Assembly: GCA_949372765.1 (NCBI GenBank) | Contig: CASIAU010000001.1 | Span: 108,747 to 172,746, forward strand | Length of the DNA: 64,000 nt | Direction: 5' to 3' | Origin: an uncultured Pseudomonadales bacterium | Lineage (GTDB): Bacteria; Pseudomonadota; Gammaproteobacteria; Pseudomonadales; Porticoccaceae | Shown here: piece after piece, positions 8,565 through 17,621 of the stretch | Layout of the letters: each line of letters starts with the position of its first letter | Position numbering within the stretch: position 1 is the stretch's first letter | Made by a program: the position numbers and the translations under genes | The notes under the pieces: generated by a model | Database searches by the model: none | The model's input: only the letters and a program-made list of their open reading frames with translations | What the model was told of the DNA's origin: nothing

Positions 8565-9686
8565 ATGTCGTTAATTCCTGAAAAACCTATTGTTATTTCT
8601 CCCACCCTAGCCGCAACGATCGGCTTGGAAGAGACCGTTTTCCTGCAGCTTCTGCAAGAGTGTCTGAGTCATGGCAATCCTGTGACTAGTAGCGGTTTTG
8701 ACTGGATTACAGTGCCTGCCGATAAAATTCTCCACCTAGCCCCCTTTTGGAGCCAGACCGATGTGCGGCGTTTGTCATCAAGCCTGCACGAAAAGGGCCT
8801 GTTGTTGATCGGCGGTGGCCCGTTTACCGCGCAACATGATTTTCGCTTTGCCTTTAATGAGCGCTCACCTTCTCAACAAGCACCTGTAATGTCCGGCTCT
8901 ACTGGAACCAGACCTGCAGTGCCAACCAGTAAGCCTCATTCAGCAAAAACTATCGGTGGCAGTTGGCAACCGAGCGAAGATGCTCTTCGTCAGTTGAGTC
9001 AGCTCGGTGTGACACGAGAATTCGCCCAGCAACAAATTCCTCAGTTTGTTAGCTATTGGCGTGAGCGTAATGTGCCGCGCCACAGCTGGGAGTCCAAATA
9101 TATTAAGGAGGTCTGGCGACAGTGGCAGCAGACCGAAACAACCAACAACAGAAGGCGTAAAGAAGTATCCGTCACTGGAGATTGGCGACCCTCAGTTGAT
9201 GCTCTTGATATCTTAGTCAGTAAGGGTGGTATTAATACTAACTTTGTCGAAGACGCTATTCCCGAGTTTATTTTGTACTGGCGAGATCGAGGCGAACTAT
9301 CGAGTACCTGGGACTCAAAATTTATCCAGCATGTTAGGCGTCAGTGGCAGTTCTTTACCGGAATGATGGAACAGGATTCTATGCCTCGGGTTATACCTGC
9401 AAATTGGAAACCCAAAGAGACAGTCTATGATGTCTTGCAAATGGCCAACATAGACCGTCCATTTGCTGAAAAAACTATTCCAGAATTTGTTTTATACTGG
9501 CAGGAGAATGGAACGCCTCAATCTTCCTGGAGTACAAAATTTTTACAATATGTTAAGCGTCAGTGGGCGTATCAAAGTAAATTATTAACGGAACCTTCCA
9601 ATGGCAAACAGCAAGGACATTCAAAAGGTCGCATCCGGGATCGGAGCATCATCGAAAAGCTCACCGACCGCAGCTGGGCATCCTAA
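8565..9686 (+). CDS. Protein with three tandem DnaT-like ssDNA-binding domains
   Basis: 373 aa: an N-terminal region of about 95 aa, a P/S/T/Q-rich linker, then three repeats (aa 134-187, 207-262, 281-334). The repeats share W.P....L.....F....IP(E/Q)F..YW....W..K(F/Y)...V.RQW. This is the same skeleton as the C-terminal domain of E. coli DnaT as I remember it. Confidence 0.7.
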   Translation: MSLIPEKPIVISPTLAATIGLEETVFLQLLQECLSHGNPVTSSGFDWITVPADKILHLAPFWSQTDVRRLSSSLHEKGLLLIGGGPFTAQHDFRFAFNERSPSQQAPVMSGSTGTRPAVPTSKPHSAKTIGGSWQPSEDALRQLSQLGVTREFAQQQIPQFVSYWRERNVPRHSWESKYIKEVWRQWQQTETTNNRRRKEVSVTGDWRPSVDALDILVSKGGINTNFVEDAIPEFILYWRDRGELSSTWDSKFIQHVRRQWQFFTGMMEQDSMPRVIPANWKPKETVYDVLQMANIDRPFAEKTIPEFVLYWQENGTPQSSWSTKFLQYVKRQWAYQSKLLTEPSNGKQQGHSKGRIRDRSIIEKLTDRSWAS

Positions 9687-10263
9687 GGAAGCCAAAGCTT
9701 CTCCTCAGCTGATCGATGCCATCAATCAGGTTTTTGCGCTGTTTCAAGTCAATTATCACAATCAGTATTACAGTGCATTCGGTGACACCACAAAGTCTGA
9801 GAATCTAGCCAAAAATCTTTGGTGTAAGAAGCTAAATAATTTCTCACCAGAAACCATCTGTGGTGCAGCAGAGAAAGTTATTGCCGAAAGTGATTACCTA
9901 CCCACTCTCCATAAAATGCTTAATGCCTGCCGCCATGTGGGTATGCCCGCCGGGCTGCCAAACTCAAGAAAAGCCTATCAGGAGGCCTGCAATAAAATTA
10001 GCCCCAAGGCTGATCAAAAATGGTCTCATCCAGCCGTTTATTTTGCTGGGCGCGATGCTGGTTGGCACATGCTGTCTAACGGAATTGAATCCAAAGTGAT
10101 GCCGGTCTTTAGCGAGATCTATCAACAATACTGCGACCGTGTTTTAGCCGGTGAGAAGTTTATTATCGAAAAATCGAGCACTATCCCTGAACTACCAGAA
10201 TTACCGGCTACCAAAAAGCATAATCAGCAGCAACTTGATAACCTCAAAAAACTGTTAGATTAA
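9601..10263 (+). CDS. Phage lambda P-like (replication protein P family) protein
   Basis: 220 aa. Blocks INQVFALF, YLPTLHKMLNACR, PAGLPNSRKAYQEAC and WSHPAVYF line up with the lambda P segments INGVFSQL, FLPSPGQFVAWCR, TAGLPNVSELVDMVYEYC and WKSNAHYW (lambda sequence from memory). The only ATG/GTG/TTG start in the 5' part of this frame is at 9601, which overlaps the upstream ORF by 86 nt. Confidence 0.6.
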   Translation: MANSKDIQKVASGIGASSKSSPTAAGHPKEAKASPQLIDAINQVFALFQVNYHNQYYSAFGDTTKSENLAKNLWCKKLNNFSPETICGAAEKVIAESDYLPTLHKMLNACRHVGMPAGLPNSRKAYQEACNKISPKADQKWSHPAVYFAGRDAGWHMLSNGIESKVMPVFSEIYQQYCDRVLAGEKFIIEKSSTIPELPELPATKKHNQQQLDNLKKLLD

Positions 10264-10283
10264 ATATCTTCGAGACATAAGAC

Positions 10284-12053
10284 ATGGCATTGCAACTACT
10301 GATACACAACTCAACCGCACGGCGTATGGCGAAAACCATACTCAATGGGTTTCGCAGCTATTTTGCTGATTACCTCAACTCAACGCTAACCGCAAAAGCA
10401 CGGTTTGAGAAAGCCGACTGGCATGGCGTGAGTCAAGCCAATGTTGAACGTTTAGAACTCTACAAGGACAAGGTTGCTCAGACTGTTCAATATCTTGAGG
10501 TGGTGACCAATAAAGATATCGCTAACCTACCACTTTGGAGTGAGGCTAAAAAGGCTTACACCCAATTGGTATTTAATTTCCCTAATTTTGAGATTGCCGA
10601 GACTTTCTTTAATTCAGTGTTCAGTGATATTCATGATCATGACAAAATTAGCGATGATATTATTTATGTACTGTCATCCCAGTTAATAGAAGCGCCCGAA
10701 GCGGAATACAGCATTTTTGTGCGCTACGAAGGTGAGAATTTTCGGGACACCTTTCAGCGAATTCTCGAGGAGGCGGAGTTCTCCCTGCCGATGGAAGATC
10801 TCTCTCTAGATCTCGATTGTATAATGGCTGTGTTTAATCAAGAAATTGTCCCTCATTTAAAGGGGGCTCCGGAGACCATTAAATTCGATTTGCTGGAGTC
10901 AACTTTTTACCGCAGTAAAGCTGCCTATATGGTGGGACGGATAGTGAATGGTGATCAGACCTTCCCCATGGCGCTGGTTGTGCTCAACAATGAACAGGGT
11001 GCGCTCTACGTAGATACTGCGTTATTTAATGCCGATGAGTTGAGTGTTATATTTAGCTTTACCCAAAATCATTTTATGGTCGACGCTCCTCTACCTTATC
11101 AATACGCTCTTTTTCTGAAGAATTTGGTACCCAATAAACTCGATTATGAAATTTATAATTCTTTAGGGTTTCCAAAGCATGCAAAAACTGAGTTTTATCG
11201 ACAATTGGTGGGCCATTTGGAAAACTCCAGTGATGAATTTGTTATCGCCCCAGGCATCAAAGGTATGGTGATGACCGTATTTACGCTACCCTCTTACAAC
11301 ATTGTTTTTAAAATAATTAAGGATAAGTTTGCGCCGCCAAAAGAGGTAACTCACCAAATTGTGCGAGAGAAATATCGTCTGGTTTCGCGCCATGACCGTA
11401 TCGGGCGCATGGCTGATACACAAGAATTTGATAATCTGGTTTTCCCACTTAATCGTTTTTCTAAAGAATTGGTCTCCGAATTACAAAAACTTGCGCCATC
11501 CCAAATAGAGATTAGAGACGACACACTTCTGATAAAGCACCTGTATACCGAGCGCTACATGACACCCCTAAATATCTTCCTTGAAAGTGCCGATGACGCG
11601 GAGATAAGAAGCGCTATGGAAGAATACGGAAACTGTATCAAACAATTGGCGGCGGCGAATATATTCCCGGGCGACATGCCGTTAAAGAACTTCGGCGTTA
11701 CCCGACATGGTCGTGTGGTGTTCTATGACTATGATGAGATCGCCACTCTCACTGATTGTAATTTCCGCAAAATCCCTCAAGCGAGAACAGAACAAGAAGA
11801 GATGCAGTCTGGCACTTGGTATACGGTGGGCCCTGACGATATTTTCCCTGAAGAATTCAGGTTATTTTTCTCAGGAAATATTAAAGCACGTAAAATGTTT
11901 GAAGAGATTCACAGTGAACTCTATGAGGTTACCTTCTGGACTGACCTGCAAGAAAAAATTCGTAACGGCTATGTGGTTGATATCTTCCCTTACCGACGAG
12001 TAAAGAGGTTCGATCGTGGTAAAAGCTCTCAACTAGAGGTTTTTGCTGACTAA
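10284..12053 (+). CDS. aceK: Isocitrate dehydrogenase kinase/phosphatase
   Basis: 589 aa. N-terminus AKTILNGFRSYFADYL...ARFEKADWHGV and FEIAETFFNSVF parallel E. coli AceK (ILQGFDAQYGRFL...QRFEQADWHAV, FEIAESFFNSVY). Length also fits. Confidence 0.92.
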   Translation: MALQLLIHNSTARRMAKTILNGFRSYFADYLNSTLTAKARFEKADWHGVSQANVERLELYKDKVAQTVQYLEVVTNKDIANLPLWSEAKKAYTQLVFNFPNFEIAETFFNSVFSDIHDHDKISDDIIYVLSSQLIEAPEAEYSIFVRYEGENFRDTFQRILEEAEFSLPMEDLSLDLDCIMAVFNQEIVPHLKGAPETIKFDLLESTFYRSKAAYMVGRIVNGDQTFPMALVVLNNEQGALYVDTALFNADELSVIFSFTQNHFMVDAPLPYQYALFLKNLVPNKLDYEIYNSLGFPKHAKTEFYRQLVGHLENSSDEFVIAPGIKGMVMTVFTLPSYNIVFKIIKDKFAPPKEVTHQIVREKYRLVSRHDRIGRMADTQEFDNLVFPLNRFSKELVSELQKLAPSQIEIRDDTLLIKHLYTERYMTPLNIFLESADDAEIRSAMEEYGNCIKQLAAANIFPGDMPLKNFGVTRHGRVVFYDYDEIATLTDCNFRKIPQARTEQEEMQSGTWYTVGPDDIFPEEFRLFFSGNIKARKMFEEIHSELYEVTFWTDLQEKIRNGYVVDIFPYRRVKRFDRGKSSQLEVFAD

Positions 12054-12598
12054 CGATAGGACAGTATTTCGGTTCGGTTCCCAGCCTTAATAACAAAGTT
12101 ATCCGGTTTGATAGACACCAGGGTCCACGTCTTATTTAAAGCGTCACCTTCACGAAAACTTCGATCGTCAATAAAGAGTCGATTGGAGGAAGAGCCCTCA
12201 GTGATAAACATGTGGCCAGCCACTCTAAAATCGGGAATTGTCTCAGCAACAGGTGCCGATGTTTGTGACTCGCTAATATCAGCAGTGCTCTCCGCTTGGA
12301 TCTCATTCTGCATCGCTGGTGTTTCAATCACCTCTAGTGCAACTTCTGAGATAAGCGGTGTGGCAATGGTAGTTTGATTTGCAGGGAGATACTGCATCCA
12401 CTGCCCGCTAAAAAAACCACCGAGTACCAGCCCCAGTAGCAACAGAACAACTGCCAACAGCCAACGTCCAGACCCTGTGGCCTGTGGTGGCGGTTGATAT
12501 GGGTCCCAATGAGCGCTGGCAAAATCATTCAAGTCTTGGGGATCTTCCCTGCGGCGATCTCGCTCAGCTTTTTTTAATGCATTAAGAATGTAGGACAT
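12050..12598 (-). CDS. gspB: Type II secretion accessory protein GspB/ExeB
   Basis: Typical N-terminus MSYILNALKKAERDR, a single transmembrane segment (WLLAVVLLLLGLVLGGFF), and a conserved C-terminal domain. Its start overlaps the gspA stop by 1 nt. Confidence 0.8.
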   Translation of the reverse strand: MSYILNALKKAERDRRREDPQDLNDFASAHWDPYQPPPQATGSGRWLLAVVLLLLGLVLGGFFSGQWMQYLPANQTTIATPLISEVALEVIETPAMQNEIQAESTADISESQTSAPVAETIPDFRVAGHMFITEGSSSNRLFIDDRSFREGDALNKTWTLVSIKPDNFVIKAGNRTEILSYR

Positions 12599-14364
12599 TA
12601 ACCACCGCTCCGAGTTAATCTTGGCACCAGCGGATCAGTCAGTTGATTCAAGCGCATAAGCGTTTGTCGACCAACAATACCATCTGCAGTAATATTTTGT
12701 TGGCTCTGAAAATCAGTAACCTGCGCCTGTATAGCAGCAGTGTAATTACCCCCTGTAATCAGTTGTTCTAGGTCATCATTAACCAAGTCAAGCTTCCCTT
12801 GCAACCAGGCTAACGCTGGTTTATTGAAATCATCCGGTTTAAGTATTTCGAAAGAGTCCGGTGATCGCCATAAATATAGATAGCTACCTGTCCACTGGTC
12901 CAAGAAAGCTGCTCGATCCATCGCTATGCGGTCTCCACTGGACATTAGGCTGACAGTAAACTCATTAATGTCCACAATAAGATGACTTTTCTCCAGCCCT
13001 GACGGCTGCCGCATAAACACAACGCCTGGACGATCAATCAAAGATAGCGCAAACAGCGTCGTGTCATCTAATTGAGCTGAGCGCAGCCCCGATCTTCCCG
13101 CAAGCGCATCAAACTCTGCCAGTGTATAGATTTCTGAAGCAGACACGCCCCAGAGTTTAAGAAGATTGATAAGAGGATTTTTTGAGCGCTTGTTTGCACT
13201 TTCTTCCTGATTTTCGCCATTTTCATCCGTCTGGGCCAAAGTCTCTAAGGATTCTGGCACCCCAGATTCGATGATTTGATCATCTGGCGGTAGTTGTTCT
13301 ATGTCAACCAATCGCGTAATCACTGGTTCTAGACTAACGGTAGGAGCAACAACTGGCTCCTTAGCAGCTGCAGCGGTAGTATCTAGCGATACAGAGCTCG
13401 GGCCATCTGAATTACTATTAAATCTAGTTAAGTAGTCATTCCAGTCACTATTTTTTAATGGCGTAAGCGTTGCCGCTATGGCGATAAAAACCACTGAGAC
13501 CAAAACAAGTAGAGCTGAGCGAGAGTGGCTATTAGAGTGTTTTAAATCAACTAAAATCTCTTTGGATGAGAGCCTAACTAACTTAGCTGAGACGGTTTTA
13601 GTACCGATAGAATAAGCTGCCAGTAGCGCTTGATGGCAAATCAAGTTGATCAACCGAGGAACACCTTTGGTCAGCTTAAATAGGGTATGAACGCAATTAG
13701 TATCAAAAATTGCACCACCAGCGCCTGCATGATGCAGTCGATGATTAATATAATTGGCAATTTCAGTTTTATCCAAAGGCAGTAAATGAAAGCGTGATAC
13801 TACTCGCTGATTTAACTGCCGAAGCTGATTCTGTCCCAGCATCTCCAACAGTTCAGGCTGACCCACCAATAGAATATGTAGCAGCTTATGAGTATTTGTC
13901 TCTAAATTACTAAGCAGTCTTAGCGTTTCTAGGACGTCATGACTCAGATTTTGCGCCTCTTCAAGGACAATCAGCGTTTTTTTACCTGCCGCATGGGCAT
14001 CCAGTAAGTCTTGATTAAGCGCATCAATACACGTTTTAGAAAACGAAATATGTTTTCTGGTAGGAATTTTAATCGATAATTCACTGCAAATACTGGCGAG
14101 CAGGTCTGATTCATTAAGCTTACTATTTAGCACATAGGCAACACGCACATGGGCGGGTATACGCTGCAGCATTGTTCGAGTGAGCGTCGTTTTACCCGTC
14201 CCGACCTCGCCGGTGAGAAGTATGAAACCACCCTCTCGATCAAGGCCATATTTTAGGTGGGCAACCGCTTGACGATGCTGATGACTGGGGTATAAAAACC
14301 CGGGATCAGGAACAATCGAGAATGGCTCTCGCTTGAGCGCAAAATGCTGTAAATAAATACTCAT
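12598..14364 (-). CDS. gspA: Type II secretion accessory ATPase GspA/ExeA with C-terminal peptidoglycan-binding domain
   Basis: N-terminal AAA domain (Walker A GEVGTGKTT; Walker B LIVLEEAQ), a transmembrane segment (ALLVLVSVVFIAIAATL), and a C-terminal PG_binding-like ITADGIVGRQTLMRLNQL. Confidence 0.85.
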   Translation of the reverse strand: MSIYLQHFALKREPFSIVPDPGFLYPSHQHRQAVAHLKYGLDREGGFILLTGEVGTGKTTLTRTMLQRIPAHVRVAYVLNSKLNESDLLASICSELSIKIPTRKHISFSKTCIDALNQDLLDAHAAGKKTLIVLEEAQNLSHDVLETLRLLSNLETNTHKLLHILLVGQPELLEMLGQNQLRQLNQRVVSRFHLLPLDKTEIANYINHRLHHAGAGGAIFDTNCVHTLFKLTKGVPRLINLICHQALLAAYSIGTKTVSAKLVRLSSKEILVDLKHSNSHSRSALLVLVSVVFIAIAATLTPLKNSDWNDYLTRFNSNSDGPSSVSLDTTAAAAKEPVVAPTVSLEPVITRLVDIEQLPPDDQIIESGVPESLETLAQTDENGENQEESANKRSKNPLINLLKLWGVSASEIYTLAEFDALAGRSGLRSAQLDDTTLFALSLIDRPGVVFMRQPSGLEKSHLIVDINEFTVSLMSSGDRIAMDRAAFLDQWTGSYLYLWRSPDSFEILKPDDFNKPALAWLQGKLDLVNDDLEQLITGGNYTAAIQAQVTDFQSQQNITADGIVGRQTLMRLNQLTDPLVPRLTRSGG

Positions 14365-14373
14365 CGCCTAGCA

Positions 14374-16272
14374 TTACTCTGTGGTGTCTAATATCTGTCC
14401 CTGCTCAACAAACTCTTTCAATTGTTTTGATACGGCACTGCCTTCAGTACCTCGGAAATCTAAGGTCTTCAAATGCTCAAACTTAGATTGGGATACTTTG
14501 TTGGCATCCTCTGGAGTACGAATAATGGTCGGTCGAATGAACATCATAAGCACTTTTTCTCGATCACTATTACTTGAAGATTTAAATAGGTTACCCAAAA
14601 TGGGGATGTCACCTAAAAATGGTACCTTCGACTCACTTTCACCGGTGGTACCTTCAATCAAGCCACCTAGAACTAGTAATTCTCCATCTTGGATCATCAC
14701 ATTCGTTTGAATCGTACTTTTGGTCGTCGTCGCCCCTAATTGAGAATCTGCCGTTCCTGTTTTTACCGCTGAGGATTCCTGTTCTATCTCTAGTCGCACC
14801 GCATTGCCTTTGCTTATTTGCGGTTTGACCTTAAGCATTACCCCTACATCTTCTCGGTTAACCGTAGTAAAAGGATTCACACTATTAGAATTATTAGTGT
14901 TAGCGTAACTGCCCGTCGGAAAGGGTACCTGCTCACCCACGGTTAACGAGGCCTCTTCGTTATCTAAAGTAATTACCGAGGGAGTAGAAAGGATCTTATT
15001 GCGCCCATCCTTCTTTAAAGCCTGCACCAACAAGCCTATGCCCCTATTGGTCTCCGCATCGAAATCTCCCATCACGCCTATTACGCTTTGCGGTAAACTA
15101 CCCGCGATCTGCGCACCATTAACACCGGAGGCATCGCCCCCCCCAAACGCTGTCCCTAATAAACCTGCGAGCACACCATCGAAATTGGTTATATAGCCAC
15201 CACGATTTTTGCCCGTTATCGCTATTTGTGCACTGAGATCACGAGCCTGTTCCTCGGATAACTCAGCGATCACCGCTTCGATAAGCACCTGTGGTCGAGC
15301 GCGATCAAGCTTAGCTACCACGTTTTGAATTTCACGAATCACCGCTGAGGGTGCGGCAATGACAAGGGCATTATTTAACTCGTCAATTTCAACTTTATAG
15401 TTACTATCCGATTTTCCATCCCCGACAGATTCTCCGGCCAAACGTAAAAATATATCTGAACCGAGCATTCCATCAATAATGGGTTTTATTTCGGATGCTC
15501 TGGAATAATCCAAATAGATCACTTCAACATTGCCCTTCTTTGTAGCCGGTAGATCGAGCAATTTCAGCATATTCCGAAAAGCAGTACGCGCCATACTGGG
15601 CCCACTGACTATAACGCGATTATTAAGTCCATCTTCTACTAGTGACAACTCTTGCTTTTGTAATTGCTTAAGCTGTCCGGCAATGTGGACTGCCTCTCCA
15701 GCGGCAATATACTTAAGGTTGATAACCTCAACCGCCGTCTGATCAGGATCGTCCATTTTTGAAATAATCCGCTTTACCGCCGTAACATTGCTGCGGATAT
15801 CAGAAATAATCAAAAAGTTACTCTGGGCAAAGGCTAAAAGTCGTGCGCCATTGCTGAGGAGAGGCTTGATAACCGGAACTAAGGTAGCGGCCTGTACATG
15901 GTTAATTTTGATTATTTCAGTTTGAAGGGTGTTATCGCCATCGCCGCCGGCAAAATTAAATGCTTGGGTGAAGGGAATGATACGTGTCACCGCGCCATCT
16001 TCAACTGCCTGAAAGCCCTGAACCTGGATGGACGAGAGTATCGCTTCATAAAGCAGCGAGGCGTCGATAGGTCCTGGGGATATAATCGTTACCTTGCCCT
16101 TAACTCGAGGATCCAATACAAAAGATTTCCCGGTAATTTCAGCCACACTTTCAATAACGCTACGGATATCTGCATCACGGAAATTGATCTGCACCGTCTC
16201 TGCGGCCAGCACTTCAGCCGTTAGACTCCAGCTGAGAAAGAACGCAGCACCTAGTTTACCCAATAAATTCAT
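14374..16272 (-). CDS. gspD: Type II secretion secretin GspD
   Basis: Signal peptide MNLLGKLGAAFFLSWSLTAEVLAAE, N0-N3 domains, and a secretin core (KVPFLGDIPILGNLFKS...LMMFIRPTII). Start set at the internal ATG 16272, preceded by GGAAGAGGAATA. The track start at 16338 has no Shine-Dalgarno. Confidence 0.93.
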   Translation of the reverse strand: MNLLGKLGAAFFLSWSLTAEVLAAETVQINFRDADIRSVIESVAEITGKSFVLDPRVKGKVTIISPGPIDASLLYEAILSSIQVQGFQAVEDGAVTRIIPFTQAFNFAGGDGDNTLQTEIIKINHVQAATLVPVIKPLLSNGARLLAFAQSNFLIISDIRSNVTAVKRIISKMDDPDQTAVEVINLKYIAAGEAVHIAGQLKQLQKQELSLVEDGLNNRVIVSGPSMARTAFRNMLKLLDLPATKKGNVEVIYLDYSRASEIKPIIDGMLGSDIFLRLAGESVGDGKSDSNYKVEIDELNNALVIAAPSAVIREIQNVVAKLDRARPQVLIEAVIAELSEEQARDLSAQIAITGKNRGGYITNFDGVLAGLLGTAFGGGDASGVNGAQIAGSLPQSVIGVMGDFDAETNRGIGLLVQALKKDGRNKILSTPSVITLDNEEASLTVGEQVPFPTGSYANTNNSNSVNPFTTVNREDVGVMLKVKPQISKGNAVRLEIEQESSAVKTGTADSQLGATTTKSTIQTNVMIQDGELLVLGGLIEGTTGESESKVPFLGDIPILGNLFKSSSNSDREKVLMMFIRPTIIRTPEDANKVSQSKFEHLKTLDFRGTEGSAVSKQLKEFVEQGQILDTTE

Positions 16273-16339
16273 TATTCCTCTTCCTAGACAACTGTGTAAT
16301 GTTATCGACGTTTTATACTTTTCTCTTAAATTAGTCATG

Positions 16340-17152
16340 TTAGGGCTTCAATCCAAAGGTTGGTAACATTTTAGCTGACAGGCTCGCAGCATTAACATAA
16401 ATCGTTTCTTTGCGACCATTACGCATAACAGTTACGGGCAAACTCGTTGCTGAACTGTAACTCATCAATTTTAGGGGATCTGACATTAAGTCTTGAACCG
16501 ATAAACCATCAACCTGCATGACCACGTCGCCATCGCGAATATCGGCCATCATCTTTATATCCGAGGACAAATTGTTCATTTTAAAGCCGCTGCCACCGGC
16601 AACATTCACTGGCACAGCACCAAACATATTAGCCAGTGCAAACCCCTTCGATTGGAGCTGCTGAACTGATCCATCAGGACTCACTGCTGTTTCCATAATG
16701 GTGTCAGGTTTGTTCATCAATATCTGCTTTTTAACACCATTTTCGCTGACGATAATACGATAAGCTTCAATGGCTAGTAACGTGATTGATGTATTAATTT
16801 TCTCATCACGCTGGAAGACCTTTTCAGGTTTACCTTTAAATTTTAACGTGGCTGAAGAGGCCTCACCCGCTAACACTACCCCGAGAAGCTCGGCATTAAT
16901 ATTCGCGTCTTTGAGCTCTTGATCTTGTTCAGTGGTCTCTACTATTTGCACGACCTGCTGACCGCCAAACCAAGCAAACCTTAACATACTGGCAGAAGCA
17001 ACTCGCTGCAAAGGCTCCATCGAGGTGCTTGGCGACTGAAAGACAAACATAATTAAAACCAACAGATACGCTGATAGTGCCGTCATGATTAATAACACAG
17101 CCCTTTTAATTATTTGCTGTGGGTTATTTAAATTAATTTTCAATTGCGACAA
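16340..17152 (-). CDS. gspC: Type II secretion inner-membrane protein GspC (XpsN-equivalent position) with C-terminal PDZ-like domain
   Basis: N-terminal transmembrane helix (AVLLIMTALSAYLLVLIMFVF) and a C-terminal PDZ-like segment DIRDGDVVMQVDGLSVQDLMSD...VTVMRNGRKETIYV. Located immediately upstream of gspD. Confidence 0.72.
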   Translation of the reverse strand: MSQLKINLNNPQQIIKRAVLLIMTALSAYLLVLIMFVFQSPSTSMEPLQRVASASMLRFAWFGGQQVVQIVETTEQDQELKDANINAELLGVVLAGEASSATLKFKGKPEKVFQRDEKINTSITLLAIEAYRIIVSENGVKKQILMNKPDTIMETAVSPDGSVQQLQSKGFALANMFGAVPVNVAGGSGFKMNNLSSDIKMMADIRDGDVVMQVDGLSVQDLMSDPLKLMSYSSATSLPVTVMRNGRKETIYVNAASLSAKMLPTFGLKP

Positions 17153-17621
17153 CCTCCATGGACGCTTCCATCAATCCTTCAGCAGATCGCTCTATCTCCA
17201 AGGTCTTTACGCCGTAACCAGAACAGGCTATCTGATGAGTCAAACTGATAACGCGATTGGCATCTGGGCCACTGATCGAGAATTCGAGCCCACTATTAAT
17301 ATCTCGCATCGAATTGAGAGTAAGTTGATTGCGTCGAATTAACCTCGTTATCTGTTGACGACTGGATGCTTGCCCGACTTTTTGGGCCGAACAGTTATTA
17401 ATCAAACGTTCAACCACTTGTCGCTGTTGCTGCATCCACTGCACGTCTGTATTGAGTTCATCGACCTTCAGTTTTAGCTCGGCATAGTTTTGAATCTGCG
17501 GTGCTAAGGATAGATAGATCGAGGTTACTAACAATAACCCGCCACCGAAAATAAGTAATTGACGCTCTCTCAGCTGTAATTGCATCCACTTGCTTCGAAG
17601 GCTCTCAATGAGTAACTTCAT
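17133..17621 (-). CDS. gspM: Type II secretion protein GspM
   Basis: 162 aa bitopic protein (LLIFGGGLLLVTSIYLSLA). Follows gspL with a 4-nt overlap. Confidence 0.75.
   Translation of the reverse strand: MKLLIESLRSKWMQLQLRERQLLIFGGGLLLVTSIYLSLAPQIQNYAELKLKVDELNTDVQWMQQQRQVVERLINNCSAQKVGQASSRQQITRLIRRNQLTLNSMRDINSGLEFSISGPDANRVISLTHQIACSGYGVKTLEIERSAEGLMEASMEVVAIEN

Noticed and set aside
9601-9686. Programmed frameshift fusing the DnaT-like ORF to the lambda-P-like ORF across their 86-nt overlap.
   Set aside because: A +1 shift would be required, and I see no slippery heptamer or rare-codon/stop-codon pause motif in the overlap. Two overlapping genes is the simpler reading, although a sequencing indel cannot be excluded.
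16273-16338. Upstream start for gspD at 16338.
   Set aside because: There is no Shine-Dalgarno there. The signal peptide starts at the internal Met (16272), which is preceded by GGAAGAGGA.
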